Positions 28,390 through 38,058 are shown, numbered from the stretch's first letter. The stretch: 64,000 nucleotides of DNA from Myxococcota bacterium (GCA_044344255.1 JBIJDH010000001.1:480001-544000); one strand, 5' to 3'. Notes: generated from the sequence alone by a model not told the origin. Made by a program: numbers and translations.

Positions 28390-29951
28390 CGGGGCGCTCC
28401 GGAGGCGGGTGCGGCGGGGATCGGCGCGTCAGCAGGGGCCCCGGTCGTGAGGGCCTGGACCCGCCGGCGGTCGGTGGGGATGTCGTGGAGCAGCGCCCAG
28501 GCGGGCACCCCGGGCTGCCGCTCGCCGAGCCAGATGCGGGCCGCGTCCCCGTTCGGCGGCGCGAAGCGGGGCTGGAGCCCGCCGTGGCTGCGGGTGGGGT
28601 CCAGGAAGACGAAGCCGTCTCCCCCCTCGAGGGTCGCGTCGCAGGCGAATTCTTCCACGCCGAGCGCCGGCCAGGCCACCCGGCGCGTCCCCGAGCCGGC
28701 GAGGAGCACGACACCCTCTTCGATGCCTCGCTCGGCGAGCAGCGCCTCCAGGCTCCGATCAACACACCAGTACGCGCGCCCGAGGTCGGTGACGATCGGC
28801 CCCGCACCGAGGCCTGCGCCGAGCGTCAGCGCGCCGAGCCCGAAGGCGCCGGCGCTGCGGACCGGGAGGCGGCTGAGCAGCCCATGGAGCCCCGCGGCGA
28901 AACAAGCGGGGAGCACGAGGTACAGCGGATGCCACAGCCGCGCCCCATACGCGAGGCCAGGGCTCCAGTAGAGGGCGTAGCCGCCGACGATCAGCAGGCC
29001 GAGCAGGGCGACCTCGGGGCGCCGGAGCCGGGCCGCGCCGCCGAGCACCAGCAGGCCGACCCCCGGCAGCCCGACCAGCAGGCGATCGAGGCGGGTGACG
29101 CTGTCGAGCGCGATCTGGAGCGCCTTCTCGGGGCTGTGGCCGAAGCTCCCCAGGGTGGCCATGCAGCCGCGATCGGCGCCGAAGCCGAGGCGGTTGCAGC
29201 CGGCGACGCCGGGGGGATCGACCCAGCCGTCGAACCAGGCGTCCATCGGGAAGCGGAGCGGGTCGCCGGTGAGGGCGAAGTTGTCCCAGCCGACGAGGGC
29301 GGTGGCCGCCGCGCAGGGCAGCAGCAGGCCGAGCCCGCCCCGGCGCTCCCGCCACAGCGAGGCGATCAGCAGCGGGCCGCCGACCAGCAGGGCGTCGAAG
29401 GGGCGCGCCAGCACGACATACGCGACGGGGAGCCCGACGGACCAGCCGGTCCGCCCGCGCGCCACGGCGAGGGCGGCGAGGGCGAGGGCGAGCAGCACCG
29501 AGGTGTGGCTCATCCGGCTCGCCGCGAGCACCCAGACCCCGGGGGAGAGGGCCATGAAGGCCGCGGCGAGCCGCCGGGCCGCCGGCTCCACCCCGAGCTC
29601 ACCGGCCAGGGCCGCGGCGAGCCCCGGCAGGAGCACGGCCAACAGCGGGTTGACGAGCGAGGCGAGGCCGAGGCGCTCCCCCACCGCGAGCAGCAGCGGC
29701 CAGCCGAAGGGGAAGGGTGAGTAGGAGGCCGGGGCCGAGACCCAGAAGGGGTAGAGCAGGCGGGAAGGGTCGTCGCCGGCCGGCCCCACGCGCTCGCCGG
29801 CCGCGAAGAGCCGCGCCTGGAGCGTGTAGGAGACCTCGTCGGTCACGTGGGGGAGGCCGTCCAGGGGCCCGAGCGCCACCGCCGTCGCGAGGAGGCCGAG
29901 CAGCAGACCCCAGCCCGCGAGCTCCCCCCGTGAGGGGCCCTCGCCGCTCAC
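28386..29951 (-). CDS. Polytopic membrane protein, GT-C (ArnT/PMT-like) glycosyltransferase
   Basis: DE motif after first TM (HVTDEVSYTLQARLF), many TM segments, soluble C-terminus; 4-nt overlaps on both sides. Confidence 0.65.
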   Translation of the reverse strand: MSGEGPSRGELAGWGLLLGLLATAVALGPLDGLPHVTDEVSYTLQARLFAAGERVGPAGDDPSRLLYPFWVSAPASYSPFPFGWPLLLAVGERLGLASLVNPLLAVLLPGLAAALAGELGVEPAARRLAAAFMALSPGVWVLAASRMSHTSVLLALALAALAVARGRTGWSVGLPVAYVVLARPFDALLVGGPLLIASLWRERRGGLGLLLPCAAATALVGWDNFALTGDPLRFPMDAWFDGWVDPPGVAGCNRLGFGADRGCMATLGSFGHSPEKALQIALDSVTRLDRLLVGLPGVGLLVLGGAARLRRPEVALLGLLIVGGYALYWSPGLAYGARLWHPLYLVLPACFAAGLHGLLSRLPVRSAGAFGLGALTLGAGLGAGPIVTDLGRAYWCVDRSLEALLAERGIEEGVVLLAGSGTRRVAWPALGVEEFACDATLEGGDGFVFLDPTRSHGGLQPRFAPPNGDAARIWLGERQPGVPAWALLHDIPTDRRRVQALTTGAPADAPIPAAPASGAPR

Positions 29952-32089
29952 GCCCGGCCCGGGTCAGGCGACCGCACAGGGCCTGGCACAGGGCCGAGCA
30001 CACAGCCGAGCATCGAGCGGCCGTCGTGGTTTCGGGGGAGGGTGGGCCGCTGAAGGTCTCCTACGGGCACGACGCGCGGGAACCAGCTCCACAGCTCGTT
30101 CCAAGCGGGGTCGCGGAGCGGCCGCAGGGGATCGCTCGTCGCCAGCGAGGAGAGCGAGCCGGCCCAGGGTCGCAGGGCCTCGGTGAGCGCGGCGGCGGAG
30201 GGCACCCGGTAGAGGTTCGCCATCCGGGGGAGGGCTGAGGGGGTCAGCAGCTCCAGCGGGAGCGTGGTGACGGCCCAGCCGCTCGGCGCGCCGCCCGCCT
30301 CCCCCGCGGCCTCGCGCAGCTGTCCGCGCGCGCGGGCGAGGCCCATCCGGCGCCGCCACTCGGGGCCGAGGCCGGGGTCGCGGCGGCCGAGGGGGAGGGT
30401 CCGGGAGAGCTCGTCGAGGGCTTGGGCGAGCGGGTCGAGCAGCGCGCCCGGATCTCCGACCACGAAGATCGCCGCGGGCGCCATGCAGCCGCGGCTGTCG
30501 AAGCGGCACAGGTCGAGGGCCAGCGCCCGGGCGAGCCGCGGGCGGGGGTCGACGAGGGCGACGCTGAAGCGGTGCCCGAAGAGCGCGTGGCGGGCCCCCG
30601 GCGTGGCCACGCGGATGGCGGCCATCGTCTCGTCCCCGCCAAAGGCGACCACGGCGTCGGGGCTCCCGAGGTCTCGGTCGAGGCTGAGCTCGACCGGCAG
30701 GCCCTCCGCGACGAAGGCGCGGGCGACGGCGGCGCAGAAGGCGGGGTCCCGCGCAGGCGCCTTGAGGCGGACCCGGATGCCCGCAGCGGCGTAGAGGGCC
30801 ACCCACTCGAGGACAGCGGTGAAGACGCCGTGCGCGGCCACCAGCGTGATCTCGGCCGGCCGGGCGCCTGGCACCGCGAGGCTGGCCTCGAGGCCCTCGA
30901 CGGTGATGGCGGAGGCGGCGAGGGCGAGACAAGCCTGCGCCATCTCGGGCGAGAGGCCCTGGGCCCAGGGGGTGGGATCGGCGCGCCCGAGGGCCGCGAT
31001 GGCCCGGAGCGCGGCGCCGACCCGCTTGTGGTCCCCCCGCTGGAGGGTGGGCGTCACGGCGAGGGCGAAGGGGTCGAGGAGGTCGTCTCGGTCGAGCGAG
31101 GTCTCCACGATCGGGAAGGCCAGGGCGACCTCCCGTCGGAGCTGCAGCTCCTCGACGGTGAGCGAGCAGCCGCGCGGCTCGTCACCCTCGAGGCGGCCGT
31201 GCAAGACCACGGAGCCGTCCGGCAAGAGCTCGCCGAGGTCTCGCGTCTCGATGGCGAGGGCGGTGTCGGCGTTAGCGAGGTCGTAGAAGCGGAGGAGGCC
31301 CACCGCGGCGTCCTCTCCGGTCCAGGGGTCCACCGCCCGCACCCGCATCCAAGGCGGCGGGAAGAAGGGCCCGCCGAGCTCGGGGGCCCAGAGCTGGGAG
31401 CAGAGCTCGGTCATCCCGTACTCGCCCACGAGGCGCACACCGGGGAAGATCGCGCGCAGGCGGTCGGCGAGCTCGCCCTCTCCCACCGTCCGCCGCCGCC
31501 CCTTGAAGCCGCCGGTGACCATCAGGATCGAGCCCGCGGGCAAGGGGCAGGCCTCGGAGACGCCCTCGATCAGCTCATCCCAGGCGAAGGCGGTGCCCGG
31601 CACGAACTGGGGGGCCACCGCCCCGCGCAGGGCCGCCCAGGCCCCCGCCTTGTCGAGGCCGCGCTCGGGATCGAAGCAGCGGCGGAGCCGAGGCGCGAAG
31701 TCGGCGCACATATGGCCGAGCGAGGCGTCCGAGGCGTGAGAGACGAGGGAGACACCCTCCTGCGGGACCTCCCCCAACACCGCCGCCGCGGCGAGGCGAG
31801 CGCCGAGATCGTAGAGCTCGGTGTCCCGCAGCCGCACGACCCCGCGGGCCCCGGTGGTGCCGCTGGTGCGAAAGGTGACCGTGGCGCCGGACGCCGGGAA
31901 GCTCGTGAGCGACAGGTCGCGGAAGAGCGCCACCGGGACGGCGGGGATGTCCTGCCAGCGGGTCGGCTGGGCTCCATCGGCGTAAGCCGCGTAGTCCCGG
32001 TTGTGGGCCCGCTGGTGCTGGAAGAGCGCGAGGGCGGTGGCCTCAAAATCTCCGCCCTCGAGGATGAATCGTCGGAGGGTGGCCTTCAT
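29948..32089 (-). CDS. Fusion of LuxE-like acyl-protein synthetase and LuxC-like acyl-CoA reductase
   Basis: N-half FRTSGTTG, TGGFKG, EYGMTEL, DLAN, RGCSL; C-half AFGGDET, FGHRFS, FDSRGCMAP, HDGR; GGGAG SD. Confidence 0.85.
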   Translation of the reverse strand: MKATLRRFILEGGDFEATALALFQHQRAHNRDYAAYADGAQPTRWQDIPAVPVALFRDLSLTSFPASGATVTFRTSGTTGARGVVRLRDTELYDLGARLAAAAVLGEVPQEGVSLVSHASDASLGHMCADFAPRLRRCFDPERGLDKAGAWAALRGAVAPQFVPGTAFAWDELIEGVSEACPLPAGSILMVTGGFKGRRRTVGEGELADRLRAIFPGVRLVGEYGMTELCSQLWAPELGGPFFPPPWMRVRAVDPWTGEDAAVGLLRFYDLANADTALAIETRDLGELLPDGSVVLHGRLEGDEPRGCSLTVEELQLRREVALAFPIVETSLDRDDLLDPFALAVTPTLQRGDHKRVGAALRAIAALGRADPTPWAQGLSPEMAQACLALAASAITVEGLEASLAVPGARPAEITLVAAHGVFTAVLEWVALYAAAGIRVRLKAPARDPAFCAAVARAFVAEGLPVELSLDRDLGSPDAVVAFGGDETMAAIRVATPGARHALFGHRFSVALVDPRPRLARALALDLCRFDSRGCMAPAAIFVVGDPGALLDPLAQALDELSRTLPLGRRDPGLGPEWRRRMGLARARGQLREAAGEAGGAPSGWAVTTLPLELLTPSALPRMANLYRVPSAAALTEALRPWAGSLSSLATSDPLRPLRDPAWNELWSWFPRVVPVGDLQRPTLPRNHDGRSMLGCVLGPVPGPVRSPDPGRA

Positions 32090-32147
32090 GACACTCCCAC
32101 AGTTCAGGCCCGGTAACCCGGGGCCCCCCGGGGGTCCGCCGGAACGA

Positions 32148-33410
32148 TCAGCCCAGGTCGACGAGGGAGAGGTCGAGCGCGCGCAGGAAGCCCTGGAGCT
32201 GCCGCCTGGTGATGGTGAGCGGGGGCACCACGGCCAGCACCTCGCCCGTGGCGGCCTCTCCGGCCGGCAGGAGCAGGTAGCCCCGCTGGAGCAGCGCCCG
32301 GCTGAGCAGGAAGGCGCGCTCATGGACAACACCGAGCATCAGCCCCACGCCTCGCACGGTGAGGCCGCGCCGCTCGAGCTCGGCCCGCAGCCAGGCCCCT
32401 TGGGCCTCCACTGTGGGCACGACGGCCTCGAGGACGCCCATGCAGGCGAGGGCCATCGCGCAGCCCACCGGGTTGCCGAGGAAGGTCTGGGTGTGGAGCG
32501 CCGGGCCCCGCGAGGCCCCCCAGGCGTCCATCACCTCGGCGGTGCCGACGCAGGCCGAGATCGGGAAGCCGCCGGCCATGCCCTTGCCGAGGCAGAGGAG
32601 ATCGGGCCGCACGCCCTCGGCCTGGAAGCGGAACCAGGCCCCCGTGCGGCCGAAGCCCGTGTAGACCTCGTCGAAGATCACGACAGCGCCTGCATCGTGG
32701 GCCGCGTCGATCAGCGAGGCGAGCCAACCTGCAGGGGGGAGCCGCATCCCTCCCCTGCCCTGCACGGGCTCGACCAGCACGGCGCCGACGTCGGAGAGGT
32801 CAGGCAAGGCTCCGCCGTAGGGGGCCCAGCGCACGTGCGGGCCCATCTGCCCTTCGAAGGGCGCCCGCATGCTGGCGCGGCCATAGTCGGTCTCGCTCAG
32901 CGCCCCGTAGGAGAGCCCGTGGTAGCCGCCCTCGAAGGCGAGCACCCGGTCGCGGCCGGTGGCCATCCGGGCGGTCTTGAGCGCGGCCTCGACGGCGTCG
33001 GAGCCCGAAGAGCCGAGGATGCTCCGCGCGAGCCCCGTCTTCTCGGCGAGGGCGTCGAGGAGCTCGATCCGACGCGGATCGGGGAAGGCATCCCCCATCG
33101 CGTGGAGCAGCGTGCCGGCCTGTCGCCGGGCGGCGCGGACCACGGCGGGGTGGCTGTGCCCCACCGAGGCGACGCCGAAGCCGGCGGTGAGGTCTACAAA
33201 TACGTTGCCATCGACGTCCTCGACGTTCGCGCCGCGCGACCGGGCCCAGACGATGGGATCATCGGAGGCGGCGCCGAGCAGCGCCGCGCGGCGGGCGCGC
33301 CGGGCGGTGATGGCCGGGCACTCGCGCTGGGCGAGGCGGTCGATCCACGCCTGGGAGCGGGGGCCAGGGATGGCGGTCTGGAGGGCGGGGTGCGACGTTC
33401 CGAAGGGCAT
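32148..33410 (-). CDS. Class III (omega-type) PLP aminotransferase
   Basis: DVDGNVFVDL, SGSDAVEAALK, GGYHG, EPVQGRGG, DEVYTGFGRTG, GKGMAGG. Confidence 0.95.
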   Translation of the reverse strand: MPFGTSHPALQTAIPGPRSQAWIDRLAQRECPAITARRARRAALLGAASDDPIVWARSRGANVEDVDGNVFVDLTAGFGVASVGHSHPAVVRAARRQAGTLLHAMGDAFPDPRRIELLDALAEKTGLARSILGSSGSDAVEAALKTARMATGRDRVLAFEGGYHGLSYGALSETDYGRASMRAPFEGQMGPHVRWAPYGGALPDLSDVGAVLVEPVQGRGGMRLPPAGWLASLIDAAHDAGAVVIFDEVYTGFGRTGAWFRFQAEGVRPDLLCLGKGMAGGFPISACVGTAEVMDAWGASRGPALHTQTFLGNPVGCAMALACMGVLEAVVPTVEAQGAWLRAELERRGLTVRGVGLMLGVVHERAFLLSRALLQRGYLLLPAGEAATGEVLAVVPPLTITRRQLQGFLRALDLSLVDLG

Positions 33411-33556
33411 GGCGCCGCCTAGCCGGTGAGGGGCCCGCCGTCACCGCCGGTGAGCCTCCGCGCACGGGGCCGGGTAGAGTGCGACCAAGCCAACAATGGA
33501 GCCCCCCTGCGCAGCGCCCGCCCGCTCCCCCACCCGCGCGCCCTGGGGCGAGGCCG

Positions 33557-35260
33557 ATGATCGTCGAGCTGCAACGGCCGGGGCACGTCCAGCGCCTCAC
33601 CTACGACGACTTCGAGGCTCGGGTGCGGGAGGGGGCGGTCTCCCCCGAGACGCCGGTGCGCTTCGAGGTCGTCACGGGGGACCGCTTCGTGCCTGCGGGC
33701 GAGCTCGAGCTCTACCGCTCCCTCGCCGCACCCGGCGAGCGCGCCTTCCGCGAGGGCCTCACCAAGCCTGGGATCGCGCTCGCCACGGCCATCCTCGTCG
33801 GGGTGCAGCTCCGCATCTTCTGGCTCGCCCAGGACGGCGAGGCCCGCGGCTGGATGCAGGCCCACCTCGCCAACTCGGGCCCGGCCCTCTTCGAGCAAGG
33901 CGAGGTCTGGCGGCTGCTGACCTACGGCGTCCTCCACTTCGAGCCCGCCCACCTCCTCTTCAACATGTGCTTCCTCGCGTACGCTGGCTACCACCTCGAG
34001 CGGGCGCTCGGCTGGCGGAACCTGCTCGCGCTCTACTTCGGCAGCGTGGTCGCCGGCGGCCTGCTGAGCGTGCTGATGAGCCCCGACCGCCAGAGCATCG
34101 GCGCCAGCGGCGGCGACTTTGGCCTGCTCGGCGCGGCGGTGCTCTTCGGCTGGAAACACTGGGCGGCGATCCCCGCCCGCGCCCGCCAGTACTTCGGCTG
34201 GGCGCTCTTCCCCTACATCCTGACCTCGCTCCTGTCGGGGGCCCAGGCGAGCAACGTCGACAACTGGTGCCACACCGGCGGCCTCCTCGGCGGCGCCCTG
34301 CTGATGGCCCTGCTCGACCCCGAGGTCCTACCCGGGCGGGCGCGGAAGAACCGGCTCGTCCGCCTCGGCCTCGGCGCGGTCATCGGCGCCGCCCTGCTGG
34401 GCCTCGCGACAGGCGGCCTCCGCTTGCTGCCGCTGGCCGACCACGAGGGCACGGGCTGGCGCTTCAAGGCCCCGACCACCTGGACAGAGGGGTGGGCCTT
34501 CACCGGGGATCGAGGGTGGTTCTCCCCCACGGGCCTCGCCAGCCTCTCGGCGGCCACCACCGAGCACAAGGCCCCCCTCACCCTCGACCTCGCGGTGGCG
34601 GCCCTGACCGACCGCCTGCTCACCGGCGGCCCCGAGGCCGAGGTCCTCGCAGACGAGCCCATCCTCCTCGACGGCACGCCCGCGCGCCGGATCCGGGCCC
34701 GCCTCTCCCAGAGCGGCGAGCGCCAGGCGATCACGGCCTGGGTGGTGGTGCGGGGGGTCTACGAGCAGCGCCTCGTCTTCCAATCCACCGAGGCCTCCGC
34801 GGGGCGCTACACCGCCCTCGAGGACGAGATCGCAGCGGCCATCGAGCTCGTCGAGCCTGCGGCGCTCCAAGCAGCGCTCCAAGACGCCCGCACCTGGCCC
34901 ACCGCGCTCGAGCCCTCGATCGCCCTCGCCGAGGCCCTCTCCCGGTACGGCCAGCCCGAGGCCGCCCTGCGGGAGCTCGACCGCGCCCGAGCGCTCTCCC
35001 CCACCGACCCCCGCCCCTGGGTGAGCCGCCTCACCATCACCCAGGTGCACGGCCTCCCCGGCGCCGCCACCCTCGCCCGGGAGGCGCTCGCCGCCGCTCC
35101 CGACGACACCCACCTCCTCACGGTCGCCGCCGAGGCCCTCAAGGCCGACGGGGCCGAGGCCGAGGCCCGCGCGCTGCTCAACGAGGCCTGGGCGCAGCAC
35201 CCCGGCGACCGCCGCCTGAAGCGGATCCGCCTGCGCTGGGGCATGCCCGTCAGCCCCTGA
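33557..35260 (+). CDS. Rhomboid intramembrane serine protease with extra N-terminal, PsbP-like and TPR domains
   Basis: WRLLT, HLLFN, GASGG (Ser), HTGG (His); C-terminal TPR-like helices. Confidence 0.88.
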   Translation: MIVELQRPGHVQRLTYDDFEARVREGAVSPETPVRFEVVTGDRFVPAGELELYRSLAAPGERAFREGLTKPGIALATAILVGVQLRIFWLAQDGEARGWMQAHLANSGPALFEQGEVWRLLTYGVLHFEPAHLLFNMCFLAYAGYHLERALGWRNLLALYFGSVVAGGLLSVLMSPDRQSIGASGGDFGLLGAAVLFGWKHWAAIPARARQYFGWALFPYILTSLLSGAQASNVDNWCHTGGLLGGALLMALLDPEVLPGRARKNRLVRLGLGAVIGAALLGLATGGLRLLPLADHEGTGWRFKAPTTWTEGWAFTGDRGWFSPTGLASLSAATTEHKAPLTLDLAVAALTDRLLTGGPEAEVLADEPILLDGTPARRIRARLSQSGERQAITAWVVVRGVYEQRLVFQSTEASAGRYTALEDEIAAAIELVEPAALQAALQDARTWPTALEPSIALAEALSRYGQPEAALRELDRARALSPTDPRPWVSRLTITQVHGLPGAATLAREALAAAPDDTHLLTVAAEALKADGAEAEARALLNEAWAQHPGDRRLKRIRLRWGMPVSP

Positions 35261-35292
35261 AGCGTCGCCCACCGGAGGGCGCCGACCACGGC

Positions 35293-35369
35293 TTGACCCC
35301 AGAGGGGCGAAACCATACAGCGTTATTGTTGTACAGCGTTCTTGTTGTACAGCAACTCTGCTGTGCAAC
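35293..35369 (+). promoter_or_regulatory. Sigma-70-like promoter overlapped by three 16-bp direct repeats (putative operator)
   Basis: TTGACC(35293)-N17-TACAGC(35316); TACAGCGTTATTGTTG / TACAGCGTTCTTGTTG / TACAGCAACTCTGCTG; AT-rich relative to flanks. Confidence 0.6.
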
Positions 35370-35404
35370 GCGGTCGACGGATCGACAGCGCTCTGGGTGT
35401 CACG

Positions 35405-36310
35405 ATGCACAACGTGGTGGGACCGCCGGTTCGAGGGGATGACTTCTTCGATCGTGAGTCCGAGCAACGGCAGATGTGGCGCTCGCTGGAGCGCCACCAC
35501 GTCCTCCTCTTGGCGCCCCGGCGGGTCGGTAAGACCTCGCTGATGTACCGCCTCGCGGAGCAAGCCCCCGCGAATGGCTTTCGAGCGATCTACGAGAGCG
35601 CGGTCAAGTGTGAGACCGAGCTCGCGCTCGTGAGTCAGCTCTACAAGGCCGTGGCCCTCCAGGACGAGTCCGTCGCTGCGGCCCTCACCGGCGGGCGACT
35701 CGGCCGGCTCGTCGAGCGGGTGAAGGGGTTGAAGGGGCTCGGCGTGGAGCTCGTGCTCAAAGAGATGGCCCCGGAGGACTGGGTCCCCCTCGGTGAGGAG
35801 CTCATCCTGGCCCTTCGCGGCAGCGGCCAGCGGTGGCTCCTGCTCCTGGACGAGCTCCCCGTCTTCGTCGTCCGCCTCTTGGAGCAGGAGAACGGGCGCG
35901 CCCGGGTCCGTCGCCTCCTCGACTGGATGCGTGACGCTCGACAGGGGACGGTCGCGGGCCCGGACTCGTTTCGGTGGCTGCTCGCAGGCTCCATCGGCCT
36001 CGACGCCGTCACTCAGCGGCTCGGCCTCGGCGCTTCGATCAACGATCTCCTCGTCCTGCGGCTCGGCCCGCCCCGGGACGCGCAGGCCCGCGACCTGCTC
36101 AGCGCCTGCGCCCGCGATCCGGAGGGGGCCAGCCGAACGGTCCTGGAGCAGGCCCTCGGCCGACACATCCAGGACCCGGCCACCCGCTCGGGCGACCTCG
36201 CCTGGCTCCTCTCCGTGCTCGAGAACGACGGCTACATCGTGCCCGTCGACGGGAGGCACCGCTTCCGCTCTCCGCTGCTTCAGTCCTACTGGCGCGGGCG
36301 GGCCCCATGA
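35405..36310 (+). CDS. P-loop ATPase (STAND/archaeal-ATPase-like) with short C-terminal wHTH-like region
   Basis: FFDRE pre-Walker motif, Walker A APRRVGKT, Walker B LLLLDE, LLAGSIGL. Confidence 0.8.
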   Translation: MHNVVGPPVRGDDFFDRESEQRQMWRSLERHHVLLLAPRRVGKTSLMYRLAEQAPANGFRAIYESAVKCETELALVSQLYKAVALQDESVAAALTGGRLGRLVERVKGLKGLGVELVLKEMAPEDWVPLGEELILALRGSGQRWLLLLDELPVFVVRLLEQENGRARVRRLLDWMRDARQGTVAGPDSFRWLLAGSIGLDAVTQRLGLGASINDLLVLRLGPPRDAQARDLLSACARDPEGASRTVLEQALGRHIQDPATRSGDLAWLLSVLENDGYIVPVDGRHRFRSPLLQSYWRGRAP

Positions 36311-38058
36311 CCGACCGACCGGGCCCCACGCTCACCGTCTACAACCCCGATCTGCTCTCCGACGCCGACCTGAAGCGGCAATTCGTCGCCCGGCTCGGCC
36401 TCCTCGAACGACTGATAGGCGACCTTCGCGGCGAGGGGGCCTCGCAGCAGCACCACTTGATCCTGGGCCAGCGCGGGATGGGCAAGACCACCCTCCTCCG
36501 CCGCCTCCGCGGGGCCATCCAGGAGGACGAGGCCCTCCGTCAACTCTGGCTCCCGCTCAGCTTCCCCGAAGAACAATACAATGTCTCCCGACTGAGCGAC
36601 CTCTGGGTCAATTGCCTCGACGCCCTCGGCGACGCCCTCGAGCGCAACGGTGACAAGGCGGGCGCCGCAGCGATCGACGCCCTCGTAGACAGCCTCCCGG
36701 AGTCGGAGGAGGCCCGCGGCCGCGCCGCGCTGGACGGCCTCGTCTCCTGGTCGGAGGCGCAGCGCGGGCTGGTGCTGATGATCGACAACGTCGACCTCCT
36801 GCTCAGCCGGCTGGATGCTCGACAGTGGGCCCTCCGGGAGGTGATGAGCGAGCACCGCCACCTCGTCTGGATCGTGGCGAGCGCGGAGCCCCTCGAGTCC
36901 ACCGCCGAATATGGGTCCGCCTTCTACGACTTCTTCGCCATACACGAGCTCCGCGGCCTCGACTACGAGGAGTCGCGGCAGGTGGTGCTCCGACTGGCGC
37001 AGGTCCACAGCACCCCCCAGGTCAGTCGGGTGCTCGACGAGTCGCCCGGACGCTTTCGCGCCCTCCATGTGCTCACCGGGGGCAATCCCCGCACCCTCGT
37101 GCTGCTCTATCAGGTCTTCGCTCACGACGACGCCAGCAGCGTTCATGTCGATCTGGAGCGGCTCCTCGACATGTGCACGCCCCTGTACAAGGCGCGCTTC
37201 GAGTCCCTCTCTGCCCAGGCCCAGCAGCTCACCGACGCCCTCGCCATCGGCTGGGACCCGATGACCGCCGCCGAGGTCGCGACCGCCACCCGCCTGGAGA
37301 TCAACCTCGTCTCCGCCCAGCTCAATCGCCTCGTCACGATGGGGGTGGTGGAGAAGGTGCCCTTGCCGGCCGGGTCGAAGAGCGGCTTTCAGATCGGGGA
37401 GCGCTTCTTCAACATCTGGTACCTGATGCGGGCCAGCCGCCGGGTGCGGCGTCGACTGGAGTGGCTGGTGCGCTTCCTGGAGGTCTATTACGGGCCGGAG
37501 GGCCTCAAGTCACGCGCGGAGCAGCTGCTCGAGCTGGAGGGAGGCCCCAGGCAGGCCGAGCTCGCCTTCGCCTACTCCCGCGCGGTGTCGGAGCCCGGCC
37601 TGTCACGGGCCCTCGACAACTACGCGGTCGACTGGCTGATGAAGGACGAGACAGGGCTTCGGACTCGACTCGGCGAGCTCTTCGATCTGGAGGGCGAGGA
37701 CCGCGCGGTCGGGACGCTGGCGGAACGGAGGGTGATATGGGCCGAATCCTCCCTCTCCCGCCGCTTCATCTCCGAAGGAGGAGAAGATTTTCATTCGCGG
37801 TGCTGGGCGGACATCGTCCTGTTCTTTCGGGAGGCTGTCCGCACGGGTCATGCCCCCGAGGCCCTCCAGCTCCTCGACGAGACCGGCCAGGGCGAGCGCT
37901 GGCGGCCCCTTCGGGAGGCCGTGGCCGCTGTCGCCGCCGGAGATCCCGAGCTGCTCCTCGCCGTGGCCCCGGAGGTCCGGGTGCCGGCGAGCGCGATCCT
38001 CGACGAGCTCTGGCCCTTGGAGGAGCGGCCGGCCCCGAAGAAGAGGCGGCGGCCCTGA
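36307..38058 (+). CDS. STAND-like P-loop ATPase with winged-helix domain
   Basis: Walker A GQRGMGKT, Walker B VLMIDN, TGGNPR (GxP), wHTH MTAAEVA...VSAQLNRLVTMGVVEK; ATGA overlap. Confidence 0.82.
   Translation: MTDRPGPTLTVYNPDLLSDADLKRQFVARLGLLERLIGDLRGEGASQQHHLILGQRGMGKTTLLRRLRGAIQEDEALRQLWLPLSFPEEQYNVSRLSDLWVNCLDALGDALERNGDKAGAAAIDALVDSLPESEEARGRAALDGLVSWSEAQRGLVLMIDNVDLLLSRLDARQWALREVMSEHRHLVWIVASAEPLESTAEYGSAFYDFFAIHELRGLDYEESRQVVLRLAQVHSTPQVSRVLDESPGRFRALHVLTGGNPRTLVLLYQVFAHDDASSVHVDLERLLDMCTPLYKARFESLSAQAQQLTDALAIGWDPMTAAEVATATRLEINLVSAQLNRLVTMGVVEKVPLPAGSKSGFQIGERFFNIWYLMRASRRVRRRLEWLVRFLEVYYGPEGLKSRAEQLLELEGGPRQAELAFAYSRAVSEPGLSRALDNYAVDWLMKDETGLRTRLGELFDLEGEDRAVGTLAERRVIWAESSLSRRFISEGGEDFHSRCWADIVLFFREAVRTGHAPEALQLLDETGQGERWRPLREAVAAVAAGDPELLLAVAPEVRVPASAILDELWPLEERPAPKKRRRP

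Noticed and set aside
29948..32089. Bioluminescence operon
   Set aside because: No luxA, luxB or luxD in the window
35316..35363. Direct repeats as a mini-CRISPR (also 25846-25887)
   Set aside because: 16-bp units are contiguous with no spacers and no cas genes nearby
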